A stretch of 64,000 nucleotides of DNA from Chlamydiota bacterium (GCA_021772435.1 JAJFLZ010000020.1:22983-86982); one strand, 5' to 3'. Positions 9,154 through 20,522 are shown, numbered from the stretch's first letter. Numbers and translations are program-made. The notes: generated by a model not told the origin, from the letters alone.

Positions 9154-9813
9154 GTGGCTAACTTAAAAAAATACGATTTAAGCGGCAAAGAAATTGGTGA
9201 AATGGCTATCGACGACAAATTGCTAGAAGGCAAGCCACATCGTCAGATGATCAAAGATTACCTAGTAGCACTCAGAAATAACCAACGTCAATGGTCAGCT
9301 AACACAAAAGGGCGTGCTGAAGTTAAATGTACGAGCAAAAAGCCCCACCCACAGAAAGGAACAGGAAGAGCTCGTCAAGGATCGACTGTCTCGCCTCAGT
9401 ACCGTGGTGGTGGTATCGTATTTGGACCAAAGCCAAAACCTCTATCTGTTAGGACTCGCATCAACACAAAAGAAAAAAGAGCGGCTATTCGTTTCTTACT
9501 TGCAGAAAAAATTAATGCCGGTCATGTGAGCATTTTGGATGCCAAGGGCTTTGATGCGCCTAAGACCAAAACCATGGCAAAATTTCTAGAAGCTAGAGAG
9601 TTTAAAAAAGGCCGTGTTCTTTTCCTAGGTCAAATGGGAGAGAGTGAAGGGGCGCTTGTGAAAAGCGTTAACAACCTGCAAAAAGTTTACTACGGAAAAG
9701 CACTTTGCACCAATGGCTACGACATCGTAAATAGCACACGTATCATCGTGATGGAATCAGCGCTAGATGATCTAATTAAAGTTTTAGGAGAGATGGCAAA
9801 TGAAGCAGCGTAA
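9154..9813 (+). CDS. rplD: 50S ribosomal protein L4
   Basis: GTG start. KKPHPQKGTGRARQGS motif. Confidence 0.93.
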   Translation: MANLKKYDLSGKEIGEMAIDDKLLEGKPHRQMIKDYLVALRNNQRQWSANTKGRAEVKCTSKKPHPQKGTGRARQGSTVSPQYRGGGIVFGPKPKPLSVRTRINTKEKRAAIRFLLAEKINAGHVSILDAKGFDAPKTKTMAKFLEAREFKKGRVLFLGQMGESEGALVKSVNNLQKVYYGKALCTNGYDIVNSTRIIVMESALDDLIKVLGEMANEAA

Positions 9814-10132
9814 AAGCCCATACAATGTGATTAAAGAGCGCTATGTAACTGAGAAAGCTCAAATGTTGCAAAGTTTGCATACATCAGCTAGTAATAAGAG
9901 CCAATCAAAGTGCGACAAGCCAAAATACGTTTTTATCGTAGATCTAACTGCGAATAAAGCAGAAATTAAAAATGCTATCGAAGAGATTTTCGCCAAGAAA
10001 AAAGTGACAGTGAAATCAGTCAATACAGTTACAATTCCAGCTAAAAAGCGCAGAGTACGTGGACGTGTTGGCTTTAAATCGGCTTTCAAAAAAGCAATCA
10101 TCACACTTAAAGCTGGCGATAGCCTCGATTAA
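9800..10132 (+). CDS. rplW: 50S ribosomal protein L23
   Basis: Size and position, [11 protein letters not shown]. Confidence 0.9.
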   Translation: MKQRKSPYNVIKERYVTEKAQMLQSLHTSASNKSQSKCDKPKYVFIVDLTANKAEIKNAIEEIFAKKKVTVKSVNTVTIPAKKRRVRGRVGFKSAFKKAIITLKAGDSLD

Positions 10133-10149
10133 CGGAGAAGAAGACAACT

Positions 10150-10998
10150 ATGGCAATGAAAAAATTTCGACCTATCACTCCTGGTCAACGTAATCTTGTT
10201 CTATCAAAGAACGAGGCGTTAACACGTAAAAAAGGCTTAAGACAAACTGTCAAGCCGTGCAAAAAACTACTAGAACCTAAAAAACGTATCAATGGGCGTA
10301 ACCACCACGGGCATATCACATGCCGTCATAGAGGTGGCGGACACAAGCGTTTCTATCGTTTAATTGACTTTACAAGAGACAAGCAAGACATAAAAGCAAA
10401 AGTAGCATCTATCGAATACGATCCAAACAGAACTGCATTTATTGCACTTCTACACTACATCGATGGTGAAAAACGGTATATCATTGCTCCTGAAGGTCTA
10501 AAAGTGGGTACGCATATCCAATCTGGCGCGCAAGCGGAATTCGAAATTGGCAATAGCATGCAACTCAAAGACATGCCGCTTGGTTCTGTTATTCACAATG
10601 TTGAGCTATATCCAGGTAGAGGAGCAAAACTCATCCGTTCAGCAGGACTATCTGCTCAGCTCATGGCAAGAGCAAATGGCTATGCAACACTCAAGATGCC
10701 ATCTGGTGAGGTGCGCCTTATCAATGAAAAATGCATGGCTACATTTGGCGCAGTTTCCAACTCTGAGCGCTCATTGCGTGTCGAAGGGAAAGCGGGAAGA
10801 TCGCGCTGGAAAGGTTTCCGACCAACAGTGCGCGGAACTGCCATGAACCCTGTCGATCACCCACACGGTGGTGGTGAAGGACGTCATAACGGCTACATCC
10901 CTCAAACACCTTGGGGATTGCAGACAAAAGGTAAACGCACACGTGCAAAAAATAAAACCACGAATAAGTGGATTGTAAAACGCAGTAAGAAGAAATAA
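10150..10998 (+). CDS. rplB: 50S ribosomal protein L2
   Basis: [32 protein letters not shown]. Confidence 0.96.
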   Translation: MAMKKFRPITPGQRNLVLSKNEALTRKKGLRQTVKPCKKLLEPKKRINGRNHHGHITCRHRGGGHKRFYRLIDFTRDKQDIKAKVASIEYDPNRTAFIALLHYIDGEKRYIIAPEGLKVGTHIQSGAQAEFEIGNSMQLKDMPLGSVIHNVELYPGRGAKLIRSAGLSAQLMARANGYATLKMPSGEVRLINEKCMATFGAVSNSERSLRVEGKAGRSRWKGFRPTVRGTAMNPVDHPHGGGEGRHNGYIPQTPWGLQTKGKRTRAKNKTTNKWIVKRSKKK

Positions 10999-11002
10999 TT
11001 TT

Positions 11003-11266
11003 ATGGGTAGATCACTAAGAAAAGGTCCATTTGTCGACAACTCAATCCTCAACAAATTGAAAAAAATGTCTGGGGAAGGAAAAAAAGACGTCATTAAAAC
11101 TTGGTCACGTAGGTCAATGATCCTTCCAGAAATGGTAGGGCATACCTTTGATGTGCATAACGGTAAAAAATTTATCACGGTATTCGTCTCTGAAAACATG
11201 GTGGGACACAGACTCGGAGAATTTTCTCCAACTCGCCAATTCAAAGGCCACCCGGTTAAGAAATAA
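11003..11266 (+). CDS. rpsS: 30S ribosomal protein S19
   Basis: [12 protein letters not shown]..., [11 protein letters not shown]. Confidence 0.95.
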   Translation: MGRSLRKGPFVDNSILNKLKKMSGEGKKDVIKTWSRRSMILPEMVGHTFDVHNGKKFITVFVSENMVGHRLGEFSPTRQFKGHPVKK

Positions 11267-11277
11267 GGTATAGATTG

Positions 11278-11625
11278 ATGAATCAACATGGAAAAGCGAT
11301 AACAAAATACGTTCGCATTGCTCCTCGAAAAGCACGCTTAGCTGCAGGTTTAATCCGCGGTAAAACAGCTCTTCAAGCGATGACTGATCTGACTTTCTGC
11401 AACCTGAAAGCTGGCCATCATATGAAAAAAACATTGATGAGCGCCATAGCTAACGCAGAAACTCAGCATGGAGTTCAAAGAGAGCATCTCGTTATCAAAG
11501 AAGTACGCGTAGACGAAGGTCCGACGATGAAAAGAGCAAAAACCAGATCACGAGGATCTAGAGTACCAATTATGAAACGTATGAGCCATCTCGTTGTAAC
11601 AGTTGCGCCTAAGGAGAATAGTTAA
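11278..11625 (+). CDS. rplV: 50S ribosomal protein L22
   Basis: AITKYVRIAPRKARL; operon position. Confidence 0.93.
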   Translation: MNQHGKAITKYVRIAPRKARLAAGLIRGKTALQAMTDLTFCNLKAGHHMKKTLMSAIANAETQHGVQREHLVIKEVRVDEGPTMKRAKTRSRGSRVPIMKRMSHLVVTVAPKENS

Positions 11626-11627
11626 TT

Positions 11628-12263
11628 ATGGGACAGAAGACATCGCCAAAAGGATTTAGACTCGTGATCCGCAAGGATTGGAGATCGATTTGGTATGCTG
11701 GAAAACAACAATACGGCAAGCTCGTTGCTGAAGACGAAACCCTCCGCGCTTATCTAGCTAAAAAAGCATGTTGTCAAGGATCTTCAGACTTTATCATCAA
11801 GCGTATGAGTGATAAGATCGAAGTAACGATTCACACCTCAAGACCGGGACTTGTCATCGGTAAAAAAGGTTCAGAGATCGATACTTTGAAAAAAGAATTA
11901 AAAGACTTCACTGGCAAAGACGTGTGGTTGGAAGTTGCTGAAATCAAGCGCCCGGATCTCGATGCAAAACTCGTTGGAGAAGGCATCGCTAAACAACTGG
12001 AGCGCCGCATCTCATTTAGACGAGCGATGAAAAAAGCTCTTCAAGCAACAATGGATGCAGGAGCTGCTGGAATTAAAGTTCAAGTATCAGGACGTATTGG
12101 TGGAGCAGAAATTGCCCGAACAGAATGGTACAAAGATGGAAGTATCCCTCTTCATACAATGAGAGCTAATATCGATTACGCCATGGCTCGTGCCGAAACA
12201 ACTTATGGTTCAATTGGAGTCAAAGTTTGGATTAATCGTGGCGAAAAAACAGCAGGACGATAA
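11628..12263 (+). CDS. rpsC: 30S ribosomal protein S3
   Basis: MGQKTSPKGFRL, KH domain GLVIGKKGSEI. Confidence 0.95.
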   Translation: MGQKTSPKGFRLVIRKDWRSIWYAGKQQYGKLVAEDETLRAYLAKKACCQGSSDFIIKRMSDKIEVTIHTSRPGLVIGKKGSEIDTLKKELKDFTGKDVWLEVAEIKRPDLDAKLVGEGIAKQLERRISFRRAMKKALQATMDAGAAGIKVQVSGRIGGAEIARTEWYKDGSIPLHTMRANIDYAMARAETTYGSIGVKVWINRGEKTAGR

Positions 12264-12275
12264 GGAGTAAGAGTA

Positions 12276-12698
12276 ATGGCACTGTTGCCCAAGAAAACAA
12301 AATACCGCAAATGTCAAAAAGGAAACCTGAAAGGGAATAGTAAAGCTGGCAATTTCGTCGAATTCGGCGATTTTGGTATGCAAGCTCTTGATCGCGGCTG
12401 GATCACAGGAAGACAAATCGAAGCATGTCGTGTTGCGATCAACCGATACTTTCAAAGACGTGGAAAAACATGGATTTGTATCTTTCCTGACAAACCGATT
12501 AGTAAAAAACCTGCGGAGACGCGCATGGGTAAAGGTAAGGGCTCACCTGATCAATGGGTAGCTACCGTGAAACCTGGTCGTATTCTCTTTGAAGTAGGAA
12601 ACGTATCGCGCGAGGATGCGCAAAATGCCTTAAGACGAGCGGCGGCAAAATTGCCAATTCGTACTCGATTTGTAGATAGAGTGGAGCGTGTGAATTAA
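12276..12698 (+). CDS. rplP: 50S ribosomal protein L16
   Basis: [19 protein letters not shown]. Confidence 0.95.
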   Translation: MALLPKKTKYRKCQKGNLKGNSKAGNFVEFGDFGMQALDRGWITGRQIEACRVAINRYFQRRGKTWICIFPDKPISKKPAETRMGKGKGSPDQWVATVKPGRILFEVGNVSREDAQNALRRAAAKLPIRTRFVDRVERVN

Positions 12699-12893
12699 AT
12701 GAAAACGAAAGAATTAAGAGATCAAAGTGTTGACGAGCTATTGGCTAAAGCTGAAGACATCAACCGCGAACTGTTTGAGTTAAAATCTAAACTTGGTTTA
12801 GAGAAAAAACTCGATCATCCGCATCTGATCAAAGATCATAAACGCAACAGGGCACGCATCTTAACGATACTGCGTGAAAAAAAGGTAGGCTAA
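12699..12893 (+). CDS. rpmC: 50S ribosomal protein L29
   Basis: [14 protein letters not shown]; 64 aa. Confidence 0.9.
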   Translation: MKTKELRDQSVDELLAKAEDINRELFELKSKLGLEKKLDHPHLIKDHKRNRARILTILREKKVG

Positions 12894-12897
12894 GGCT

Positions 12898-13140
12898 ATG
12901 GAGAGAAAAAACACCCGAAAGTTACGCGAAGGCGTTGTCCAAAGCAATAAAATGGACAAAACCGTGACTGTACGTGTAGAGCGTCGCATGCCGCATCCAC
13001 GTCTTGGTAAAGTCATCAAACTTAGCAAAAAATACTACGCTCATACTGACGAAAAAATTGAAGTTGGCACTCGCGTAAAAATTCAAGAAACAAGACCACT
13101 GTCCAAGCTTAAGCGTTGGCGAGTTGTGGAAGTAGCGTAA
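12898..13140 (+). CDS. rpsQ: 30S ribosomal protein S17
   Basis: [18 protein letters not shown]. Confidence 0.92.
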   Translation: MERKNTRKLREGVVQSNKMDKTVTVRVERRMPHPRLGKVIKLSKKYYAHTDEKIEVGTRVKIQETRPLSKLKRWRVVEVA

Positions 13141-13153
13141 AGGGAATTAAACA

Positions 13154-13522
13154 ATGTTACAACAAGAAAGCGATTTAGAAGTTGCAGACAACAGCGGTGC
13201 AAAACGCGTTAGATGTATCAAAGTATTACGTGGATCCAAGCGTCGCTACGCAAGAGTAGGCGATGTCATTGTTTGTTCCGTAAAAGATGCCGAGCCAAAA
13301 GGTGGCGTCAAAAAAGGTGAAGTTGTCAAAGCAGTGATTATTAGATCTAAGCGCTATATCAAGCGTGCAGATGGCACACACCTTAGATTTTACGATAATA
13401 GCTGTGTCATCATCGATGACAAACAAAATCCCAAAGGAACGCGCATCTTTGGCCCCGTTGCTAGAGAAGTACGTGACCATGGATTTATCAAAATCAGTTC
13501 ACTAGCGCCGGAGGTAGTCTAA
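13154..13522 (+). CDS. rplN: 50S ribosomal protein L14
   Basis: [17 protein letters not shown]. Confidence 0.96.
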   Translation: MLQQESDLEVADNSGAKRVRCIKVLRGSKRRYARVGDVIVCSVKDAEPKGGVKKGEVVKAVIIRSKRYIKRADGTHLRFYDNSCVIIDDKQNPKGTRIFGPVAREVRDHGFIKISSLAPEVV

Positions 13523-13525
13523 GTC

Positions 13526-13852
13526 ATGGCTCAAAAATGGATTAAAGAAGGCGATACCGTCAAAGTTCTTTCAGGGAACGATAACGGCCAAGTAGGAAAA
13601 GTTTTAGCCAAATCAAAGACTAATATTGTCGTTCAAGGTGTGAACTTGAGGAAAAAACACGTCAAAAAGCAACAAAATCAAGCAGGCGGCGAGATCGTAA
13701 GCATTGAAAGACCGATCCATATCTCAAACGTTACTCTTTGTGATGCTGAAGGCAATCGCATCAAATTGAAGACAAAAATTGATGGCAAAAAGAAAGATCT
13801 CGTCTACACAAAAGATGGCAAAGAAACCGTCTACCGAACATTGAGGAAATAA
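13526..13852 (+). CDS. rplX: 50S ribosomal protein L24
   Basis: KOW motif IKEGDTVKVLSGNDNGQVGKV. Confidence 0.93.
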   Translation: MAQKWIKEGDTVKVLSGNDNGQVGKVLAKSKTNIVVQGVNLRKKHVKKQQNQAGGEIVSIERPIHISNVTLCDAEGNRIKLKTKIDGKKKDLVYTKDGKETVYRTLRK

Positions 13853-13855
13853 CCG

Positions 13856-14401
13856 ATGTCAAGACTAAAGAAAAGATATAACGAAGAAATCAAAAAGACG
13901 CTGACTTCTAAGTTCAGCTACAAAAATGCTATGCTCGTGCCAAAACTTGTCAAAGTTGTGATCAGCATGGGTCTTGCTGAGGCATCGAAAGATAAAAACT
14001 CTATGCAAGACTGCTTTAAAGAGCTCATGATGCTATCGGGTCAAAAGCCTATCTTCATGAAATCAAAAAAAGCGGTTTCGAACTTTAAATTGCGTGAAGA
14101 TCAAAATATTGGACTGAAGGTCACCTTGCGTGGCAAGCGTATGTACGACTTTCTTGACAGATTTATCAACGTTATTTCACCACGTATTCGCGACTTCCGT
14201 GGTTTTAAAACAAAACTGGACGGTCGAGGCTCATTCTGCCTAGGACTTGATGATCAACAGGTTTTTCCTGAGATCAACCTGGATGACGTTAAGAGAACAC
14301 AAGGGATGAACATTGCATTTGTCACTTCAGCTAAAAACGATGACGAAGGCTATGCGCTCCTGCAAGAGATGGGCATGCCATTTAAACGAGAGGGAGAATA
14401 A
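13856..14401 (+). CDS. rplE: 50S ribosomal protein L5
   Basis: [12 protein letters not shown]; 181 aa; operon position. Confidence 0.94.
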   Translation: MSRLKKRYNEEIKKTLTSKFSYKNAMLVPKLVKVVISMGLAEASKDKNSMQDCFKELMMLSGQKPIFMKSKKAVSNFKLREDQNIGLKVTLRGKRMYDFLDRFINVISPRIRDFRGFKTKLDGRGSFCLGLDDQQVFPEINLDDVKRTQGMNIAFVTSAKNDDEGYALLQEMGMPFKREGE

Positions 14402-14406
14402 CAAAC

Positions 14407-14790
14407 ATGACTGATACAATTGCCGACATGCTGACTAGGATTCGCAACGCCATTATGGCACTGCACGCATACGTCGATATTCCGCACAGCAAAATGAAAA
14501 AACAAATCGCGCACGTATTGAAAGAAAAAGGCATGATTGCAAACTTCCTAGCAGATGACAAAAAACGCACCCTACGTGTTTTTCTAAAATACAATAAGCG
14601 CAGCCCTATTATTCATGGATTGAAACGCATTTCAAAGCCAGGACGACGTGTATACGTTGGTAAAGACAACATTCCACACGTTTTAGATGGTTTAGGATTT
14701 GCTATTGTTTCTACATCAGCAGGAGTGATTGATGGAGATACAGCCCGTAAGCAAGGGTTTGGCGGCGAAGTACTGTGTAGCGTTTGGTAA
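14407..14790 (+). CDS. rpsH: 30S ribosomal protein S8
   Basis: [15 protein letters not shown]. It directly follows rplE, with no rpsN between them. Confidence 0.95.
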   Translation: MTDTIADMLTRIRNAIMALHAYVDIPHSKMKKQIAHVLKEKGMIANFLADDKKRTLRVFLKYNKRSPIIHGLKRISKPGRRVYVGKDNIPHVLDGLGFAIVSTSAGVIDGDTARKQGFGGEVLCSVW

Positions 14791-14807
14791 GAGGAGTAAA
14801 AAAATAG

Positions 14808-15350
14808 ATGTCACGATTAGCAAAAAAACCGATTGAAGTCCCTCAGGGAACTGAAATTAAGATTGAGAAAACCAGAGTTACCGTCAAAGGAAACAGAGGA
14901 CAGCTTGTTCAGGATCACCCACAAGAAATCATCGTAAAACAAGAAGATGGTCTCCTTTGGGTTAGCCTTGATGAAAAAGGAAAGCTTGCAAAACCTTTTC
15001 TAGGATTATATCGTTCACTCATTGGCAACATGGTAGAGGGAGTAAGCAAAGGCTTTGAAAAACGTCTTCAACTGATTGGTGTTGGTTACAGAGCAGCGAT
15101 TAAAGGCACAGCTCTTGATCTTCAAGTAGGATTTTCACACCCAACAGAACTTTCGATTCCTGAAGGAATCAATGTAAAAGTCGATAAAAGCACATTGATC
15201 ATCATTGATGGTGCGGACAAAAGACAAGTAGGTCAATTTGCAGCAGACGTTCGCGCGAAGAGACCTCCTGAACCCTACAAAGGTAAAGGCATCCGCTATG
15301 TGGATGAATACGTACGTAAGAAAGCTGGTAAAACAGCAAAAGGAGCATAA
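14808..15350 (+). CDS. rplF: 50S ribosomal protein L6
   Basis: MSRLAKKPIEVP, PEPYKGKGIRY. Confidence 0.95.
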   Translation: MSRLAKKPIEVPQGTEIKIEKTRVTVKGNRGQLVQDHPQEIIVKQEDGLLWVSLDEKGKLAKPFLGLYRSLIGNMVEGVSKGFEKRLQLIGVGYRAAIKGTALDLQVGFSHPTELSIPEGINVKVDKSTLIIIDGADKRQVGQFAADVRAKRPPEPYKGKGIRYVDEYVRKKAGKTAKGA

Positions 15351-15355
15351 TCGTC

Positions 15356-15727
15356 ATGCATAGTGAAGTAAAACAACGCACGATCAAACAACGTAAAAGA
15401 CAATTACGAGTTAGAAAATACTTGAAAGGAACAGCGGTAAAACCCCGTTTATGTGTCTTTAAAAGCAACGCGCATATCTCCGCTCAACTCATTGATGATG
15501 AATCAGGCAGAACGCTAGTTGGATTTGGTAGCTACAGCAAAGAAATCAAAGCAGCAAGCCAAGGAAAAGCGAAAAAAGAACTTGCAACGATGGTCGGTCA
15601 AAAACTTGGCGTAAAAATCAAAGAGCAAAAAGTAGATCAGATTATCTTTGATCGAGGTTCAAACAAATACCACGGTGTGATCGCTGCCTTAGCGGACGCT
15701 GTTAGAGAAGCAGGAATTAAGTTCTAA
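15356..15727 (+). CDS. rplR: 50S ribosomal protein L18
   Basis: IIFDRGSNKYHGVIAALADAVREAG. Confidence 0.94.
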   Translation: MHSEVKQRTIKQRKRQLRVRKYLKGTAVKPRLCVFKSNAHISAQLIDDESGRTLVGFGSYSKEIKAASQGKAKKELATMVGQKLGVKIKEQKVDQIIFDRGSNKYHGVIAALADAVREAGIKF

Positions 15728-15742
15728 ACTAAAGAAGTAAAT

Positions 15743-16255
15743 ATGATAGAGCCCAGAAAAAGAGAAAGAAAAGAAAAACCCCAAGAGCCAAAATCCGATT
15801 TAGAGGAAAAAGTCCTTTACATCAACCGTTGCTCAAAAGTTGTTAAAGGTGGACGTAAATTCAGCTTTTCCGCGCTTATTCTCGTAGGAGATGGGAAAGG
15901 AAAAGTAGGAGTAGGATTTGCAAAAGCCAACGAAGTGGCGGATGCCATTCGAAAAGGGTCTGAAAATGCTCGTAAAAACCTATTTCCATTTACCATGGAA
16001 GGGGAAACAATTCCGCACGAAGTCAAAGTCAAATGGGATGGGGCGTGTATTTTACTCAAGCCTGCGCCAGCAGGAACAGGCGTTATTGCTGGTTCACAAG
16101 TACGTGCTGTACTAGAAGCAGGTGGCGTAAAAGATGTTGTAGCAAAAAGTATTGGCTGCAACAACCCTAAAAACCAAGTCAATGCCACCGTCAAAGCGTT
16201 GCAAGCCCTGCGTAATCGAAAAGAGACATTAGAACTTAGAGGAACAGATGTTTAA
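15743..16255 (+). CDS. rpsE: 30S ribosomal protein S5
   Basis: INRCSKVVKGGRKFSFSALILVGDGKG. Confidence 0.95.
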   Translation: MIEPRKRERKEKPQEPKSDLEEKVLYINRCSKVVKGGRKFSFSALILVGDGKGKVGVGFAKANEVADAIRKGSENARKNLFPFTMEGETIPHEVKVKWDGACILLKPAPAGTGVIAGSQVRAVLEAGGVKDVVAKSIGCNNPKNQVNATVKALQALRNRKETLELRGTDV

Positions 16256-16709
16256 TCTACACACACTAAAAAACAGCTCAAAATTCACTACACGAAGAAA
16301 ACGCGTGGGTCGAGGAATTGGCTCTGGTCATGGTAAAACATCATGCCGCGGCCATAAAGGTGACAAATCCAGATCTGGTTACAAAAGACGTTTAGGAAAA
16401 GAGGGTGGACAGCTGCCGCTTTACCGTAAACTACCTACTCGCGGATTTCCAAGAGCACGCTTCCAAAAAGAAGTATTTTCCATCAATCTAGCGCGTATTG
16501 AAGAGCTTTATGAAGATGGAGAGACAGTGAATCACGCCACCCTTATCGATAAAGGATTGGCACCTAGGCAAGTTCCAGGTGGCATCAAAATTCTTGGTCA
16601 AGGTGAAATTACAAAAAAAGTCCTCTTTGAGGCAAACGCCTATTCAAAAGGTGCTCTAGAGAAGCTTGAAAAAAGCCCTGCAGAAGTAAAGTCGCCAGCT
16701 AAAGGATAA
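16248..16709 (+). CDS. rplO: 50S ribosomal protein L15
   Basis: RRKRVGRGIGSGHGKTSCRGHKG. It follows rpsE directly, with no rpmD between them. Confidence 0.94.
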   Translation: MFNLHTLKNSSKFTTRRKRVGRGIGSGHGKTSCRGHKGDKSRSGYKRRLGKEGGQLPLYRKLPTRGFPRARFQKEVFSINLARIEELYEDGETVNHATLIDKGLAPRQVPGGIKILGQGEITKKVLFEANAYSKGALEKLEKSPAEVKSPAKG

Positions 16710-16714
16710 TTTCC

Positions 16715-18088
16715 ATGATCGGAACACTGAAGAAGATCTTTTCAATTCCCGACCTCAAACAAAAGATTTTGTTTACATTGATGATGCTTGCATTATGTAG
16801 GTTGGGAAGATTTATTCCTGTGCCTGGCATTAATGCAGAAGAAGCTTTAAAAGTTTTCCAATCAGCAACAGGTGGCGGTCAAAATCTTTTTCAACTTATG
16901 GACGTATTCTCTGGTGGTGCCTTCGCGCAGATGACAATTTTTGCATTGTCTGTCATGCCCTATATTTCGGCCTCTATTGTCATGCAACTATTTATGGCTC
17001 TTGCTCCTGGATTTCAACGTGAGGTTAGAGAGAACCCAGATGCAGGCAGAAAGAAACTGACCAAATGGACTCGCATCCTCACAGTCGGCTTAGCCATGTT
17101 CCAATCAGCTCTTGTAGCTAAAGCAGTGATGGGATTCAATTTTGCAAATCCTGGCATCATCGTCCAAGAAATTACGGACGTTGCCGTTTTAGGATTCCCT
17201 TGGTTGTTTTTTCTCATCGTCATGGCAACCATGACAACTGGAACAGTCTTCTTGATGTGGATTGGTGAGCAGATAACTGAAAAAGGCATTGGAAATGGCA
17301 TTAGCTTAATTATTACAATCGGTATTCTCTCTTCGCTACCATCGACAATTGGTGCCATTATGCGTGGGCTCAACCTCGAATCCCAAGACGTTGGTCAATT
17401 AACATTTACTACTCTGATTGTGCTCGCAGCGATTTTTATTTTCATTATTGTAGGGACTATCTTAGTCACACAAGCGCAGCGAAAAATTCCATTACAATAC
17501 GCCCGAAGAGTTGTAGGAAGAAGAGAAGTTCAAGGGGGAGGCAGTGCCTTTATTCCTCTTAAACTAAACTACGCTGGTGTTATGCCTGTCATTTTTGCCT
17601 CAGCCTTGCTTATGTTTCCTGCAACACTAGCACAACTAGCTGGTCAAAGTGGGTTTTTAAAGAGTTTAGTCGGCTGGTTGTCTCCTGGAAGCTGGGTTTA
17701 CACCACATTTTATGTGGGTCTTATTTTATTTTTTACTTACTTTTGGACGGCAACGCAATTCCATCCTGAACAAATTGCTTCAGATATGAAAAAAAGTGGA
17801 GCCTTCATTCCCGGTGTTAGACAAGGCAAGCCTACGCAAAACTTTCTTGAATTTACCATGAATCGACTGACACTTGCTGGAGCGTTATTTTTAGCATTCA
17901 TCGCAATTTTGCCCATGCTAGTGAGTAAATTTCTTGGTGTAGACCCAAGGGTTAGCAACTTTTTTGGCGGAACATCACTGCTGATTTTAGTTGGCGTCGT
18001 CTTGGATACGATGAAACAAATTGAGTCTCATCTGCTTATGAAGCGGTATGACGGATATATGAAGCGCGGGAGAAAGTTGGCCAGATAG
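16715..18088 (+). CDS. secY: preprotein translocase subunit SecY
   Basis: 457 aa, 10 TM segments, LMWIGEQITEKGIGNGISLII. Confidence 0.96.
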   Translation: MIGTLKKIFSIPDLKQKILFTLMMLALCRLGRFIPVPGINAEEALKVFQSATGGGQNLFQLMDVFSGGAFAQMTIFALSVMPYISASIVMQLFMALAPGFQREVRENPDAGRKKLTKWTRILTVGLAMFQSALVAKAVMGFNFANPGIIVQEITDVAVLGFPWLFFLIVMATMTTGTVFLMWIGEQITEKGIGNGISLIITIGILSSLPSTIGAIMRGLNLESQDVGQLTFTTLIVLAAIFIFIIVGTILVTQAQRKIPLQYARRVVGRREVQGGGSAFIPLKLNYAGVMPVIFASALLMFPATLAQLAGQSGFLKSLVGWLSPGSWVYTTFYVGLILFFTYFWTATQFHPEQIASDMKKSGAFIPGVRQGKPTQNFLEFTMNRLTLAGALFLAFIAILPMLVSKFLGVDPRVSNFFGGTSLLILVGVVLDTMKQIESHLLMKRYDGYMKRGRKLAR

Positions 18089-18154
18089 GTGCCAACCCCT
18101 TGCGACTAAACTGATAAAAGTGGTATGATGTATCCACTGAAAAAAGGAAAAGAG

Positions 18155-18532
18155 ATGCCTAGAATAATTGGAATTGACATCCCGAACAAAAAAAGACTTG
18201 TCATCAGCCTGACGTATATTTACGGGCTTGGTAACACACTTGCAAAAGAAGTCACTAAAAAATTGAATTTAGATCCTGATATGCATGCAGAAAAGCTGAC
18301 TGAAGAAGAGATTTCTAAGATCAACGCATTATTGCAAAGCGAGTACTCAGTAGAAGGTGATAAGCGCCGTGAAGTACAAGGCAATATTAAGCGCCTAATC
18401 AGCATTAACTCCTACCGAGGTATGCGCCACAAAAAAGGCCTGCCAGTTCGCGGACAGCGCACAAGATGTAATGCTCGCACACGTAAAGGTAAAAAGAAAA
18501 CTGTCGCCGGCAAAAAAATGGCAACTAAGTAA
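18155..18532 (+). CDS. rpsM: 30S ribosomal protein S13
   Basis: [10 protein letters not shown] after AGGAAAAGAG. ORF-track start 18125 is probably too early. Confidence 0.94.
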   Translation: MPRIIGIDIPNKKRLVISLTYIYGLGNTLAKEVTKKLNLDPDMHAEKLTEEEISKINALLQSEYSVEGDKRREVQGNIKRLISINSYRGMRHKKGLPVRGQRTRCNARTRKGKKKTVAGKKMATK

Positions 18533-18545
18533 TAAGAGGTAGAAT

Positions 18546-18965
18546 TTGGCTAAGCAATACAAATCGAAATTGACAGCGCAGAAAGGCGGCGTTAAGGCTA
18601 AAAAAAGAAGTGCTCGCTCAGTACCAACTGGGATAGCACACGTCAAAGCAACTTTTAATAATACGATAGTCACGATTACAGACCTTTCTGGAAACGTTGT
18701 TGCATGGGCGTCTGCAGGAAAATGTAACTTTAAAGGCTCACGCAAATCTTCTGCGTTTGCTGCAACAGTCGCTGCACAAGATGCAGGCAAGATTGCAAGC
18801 AGTGCAGGAATGAAAGAACTAGAAGTTATTTTAAAAGGCGCAGGAGCTGGACGAGAGTCTGCCGTGCGTGGTTTGCAAAGCGCAGGCTTAGCAATCACCT
18901 ATATCAGCGACAGGACACCCCTACCGCACAACGGATGTCGCCCTCGCAAGCGTCGTCGAGTATAA
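18546..18965 (+). CDS. rpsK: 30S ribosomal protein S11
   Basis: TTG start after [24 protein letters not shown]. Confidence 0.94.
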   Translation: MAKQYKSKLTAQKGGVKAKKRSARSVPTGIAHVKATFNNTIVTITDLSGNVVAWASAGKCNFKGSRKSSAFAATVAAQDAGKIASSAGMKELEVILKGAGAGRESAVRGLQSAGLAITYISDRTPLPHNGCRPRKRRRV

Positions 18966-18998
18966 AGATTAAACATTTAAGTCAGGAGAGCATAAGTT

Positions 18999-20087
18999 AT
19001 GCCCACCAAATACGGTAAATTTGAATTACCTCAAAATATCAAAATCGAAGAAACTCAGGGCAATACATATGCTCGCTTCATAGCAGAGGCATTCGAAAGA
19101 GGCTTTGGCCACACCGTTGGAAACCTTTACAGACGCATTATGCTGACATCCATGGAAGCACCGTCGATCATTTCAATTAAAATTGAAGGCGTGCCTCATG
19201 AATTTATGGCTATCGAAGGCATTACTGAAGATATGACACATATTGTCTTGAATCTCAAAAATGCACTCTTGCGTAAAATTCCAACAGATGAAGAGCAAAA
19301 TGCTCGTGGAACGAAAACAATCATGAAAACAATTGAGGTGACGCCACAAATGCTTGAAGCAGGCGGTGGTAGCCATATCGTTACATTTGGGGACTTGGCC
19401 TCGAATGCAGCTTTTGAAGTTGTTAATCCCAATCATAAAGTTTTCACAGTAACAAAGCCTATGTCAAAAAAAGTTGCTCTCAAAGTGAGCATTGGGCGTG
19501 GTTATGTGCCATCTGAGCGTCACAGTATTAAAGACAAAATTGCAGACGAAATTGCAATTGACTCATGCTTTTCTCCTGTACGTTTAGTTAACTATTTTGT
19601 TGAAAATACGCGCGTTGGTCGTGACACAGACTTTGACCGGTTGGTTTTGGAAGTCACAACGGATGGTCGAGTTTCTCCAAAAGAGGCACTTTCATATGCG
19701 ACTAAAATTGGTATGGAGCACCTTAAAGTATTTGATGAGCTTCATTTCCAAGAACTCATTTTTGAAAGCGAAGCTAGTGAAGAAGATTCTGATCGCGATG
19801 CGATGATGTCAAAACTATCTAGGCGCATTGAAGAAATCGAGCTTTCAGTCAGATCGGCTAACTGCTTAACACAAGCTAATATCGAAACAATTGCTGAGCT
19901 TGTTGTCATGCCAGAGCCTGACCTGCTTAAGTTTCGCAACTTCGGTAAAAAGTCACTGACTGAAATCAAAGAAAAACTCGATGAAATGGGTCTGTCTCTT
20001 GGTATGGATCTATCTCGGTACAACATCAACCAAACAAACGTTAAAGATGTGATGACACAATACCATCAAGAAAAGGCAGGCTTCTAA
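18999..20087 (+). CDS. rpoA: DNA-directed RNA polymerase subunit alpha
   Basis: GFGHTVGNLYRRIMLTS, C-terminal domain LSVRSANCL. Confidence 0.95.
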   Translation: MPTKYGKFELPQNIKIEETQGNTYARFIAEAFERGFGHTVGNLYRRIMLTSMEAPSIISIKIEGVPHEFMAIEGITEDMTHIVLNLKNALLRKIPTDEEQNARGTKTIMKTIEVTPQMLEAGGGSHIVTFGDLASNAAFEVVNPNHKVFTVTKPMSKKVALKVSIGRGYVPSERHSIKDKIADEIAIDSCFSPVRLVNYFVENTRVGRDTDFDRLVLEVTTDGRVSPKEALSYATKIGMEHLKVFDELHFQELIFESEASEEDSDRDAMMSKLSRRIEEIELSVRSANCLTQANIETIAELVVMPEPDLLKFRNFGKKSLTEIKEKLDEMGLSLGMDLSRYNINQTNVKDVMTQYHQEKAGF

Positions 20088-20090
20088 AAT

Positions 20091-20522
20091 ATGAGACACC
20101 AAAAATCGACATTTAAGCTGGGACGTAATAGTTCACACCGCAAGGCTATGCTAGCGAACATGCTCAAGGCGCTCGTCGAGCACGGGCGAATCGAGACATC
20201 GATTCCGAAAGCAAAGGAACTTCGCAAGTACGCTGATCGTCTCATCACAATCGCAAAAAAAGACACCTTAGCAAGCCGTCGCCAGGCGATTAGTAAGTTG
20301 CGCATCACGCACAACCCGCTAAACACAAAAGAGCAACGAGCTGCTAAAAGCGGCGATACAAAAGCCTATAATGCTGACCGTCAGCTTTTATCTAAGCTCT
20401 ATGGTGAGTATGCTCCTCGTTTTAAAGAAAGACCAGGTGGATACACACGTATTCTTAAACTAGATTACACGCGCACCGGAGATGGTAGCAGCAGGTGTAT
20501 TCTGGAATATCTCCCAGAATAA
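20091..20522 (+). CDS. rplQ: 50S ribosomal protein L17
   Basis: MRHQKSTFKLGRNSSHRKAML. Confidence 0.95.
   Translation: MRHQKSTFKLGRNSSHRKAMLANMLKALVEHGRIETSIPKAKELRKYADRLITIAKKDTLASRRQAISKLRITHNPLNTKEQRAAKSGDTKAYNADRQLLSKLYGEYAPRFKERPGGYTRILKLDYTRTGDGSSRCILEYLPE

Noticed and set aside
10771-11289. 172-aa minus-strand ORF, along with many other antisense or alternate-frame ORFs inside the ribosomal genes, secY, rpoA, lon, ald, SNF2 and der
   Set aside because: They fully overlap strongly supported conserved genes, and their low-complexity or biased compositions are typical of antisense frames.
8510-20522. Absence of rpsJ, rpsN, rpmD, adk, map, infA and rpmJ from the ribosomal operon, considered as a possible deletion
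   Set aside because: This reduced layout (rplE-rpsH, rpsE-rplO and secY-rpsM directly adjacent) is the normal chlamydial organisation as I recall it. The junctions are tight and clean, so it is a lineage trait and not an anomaly.
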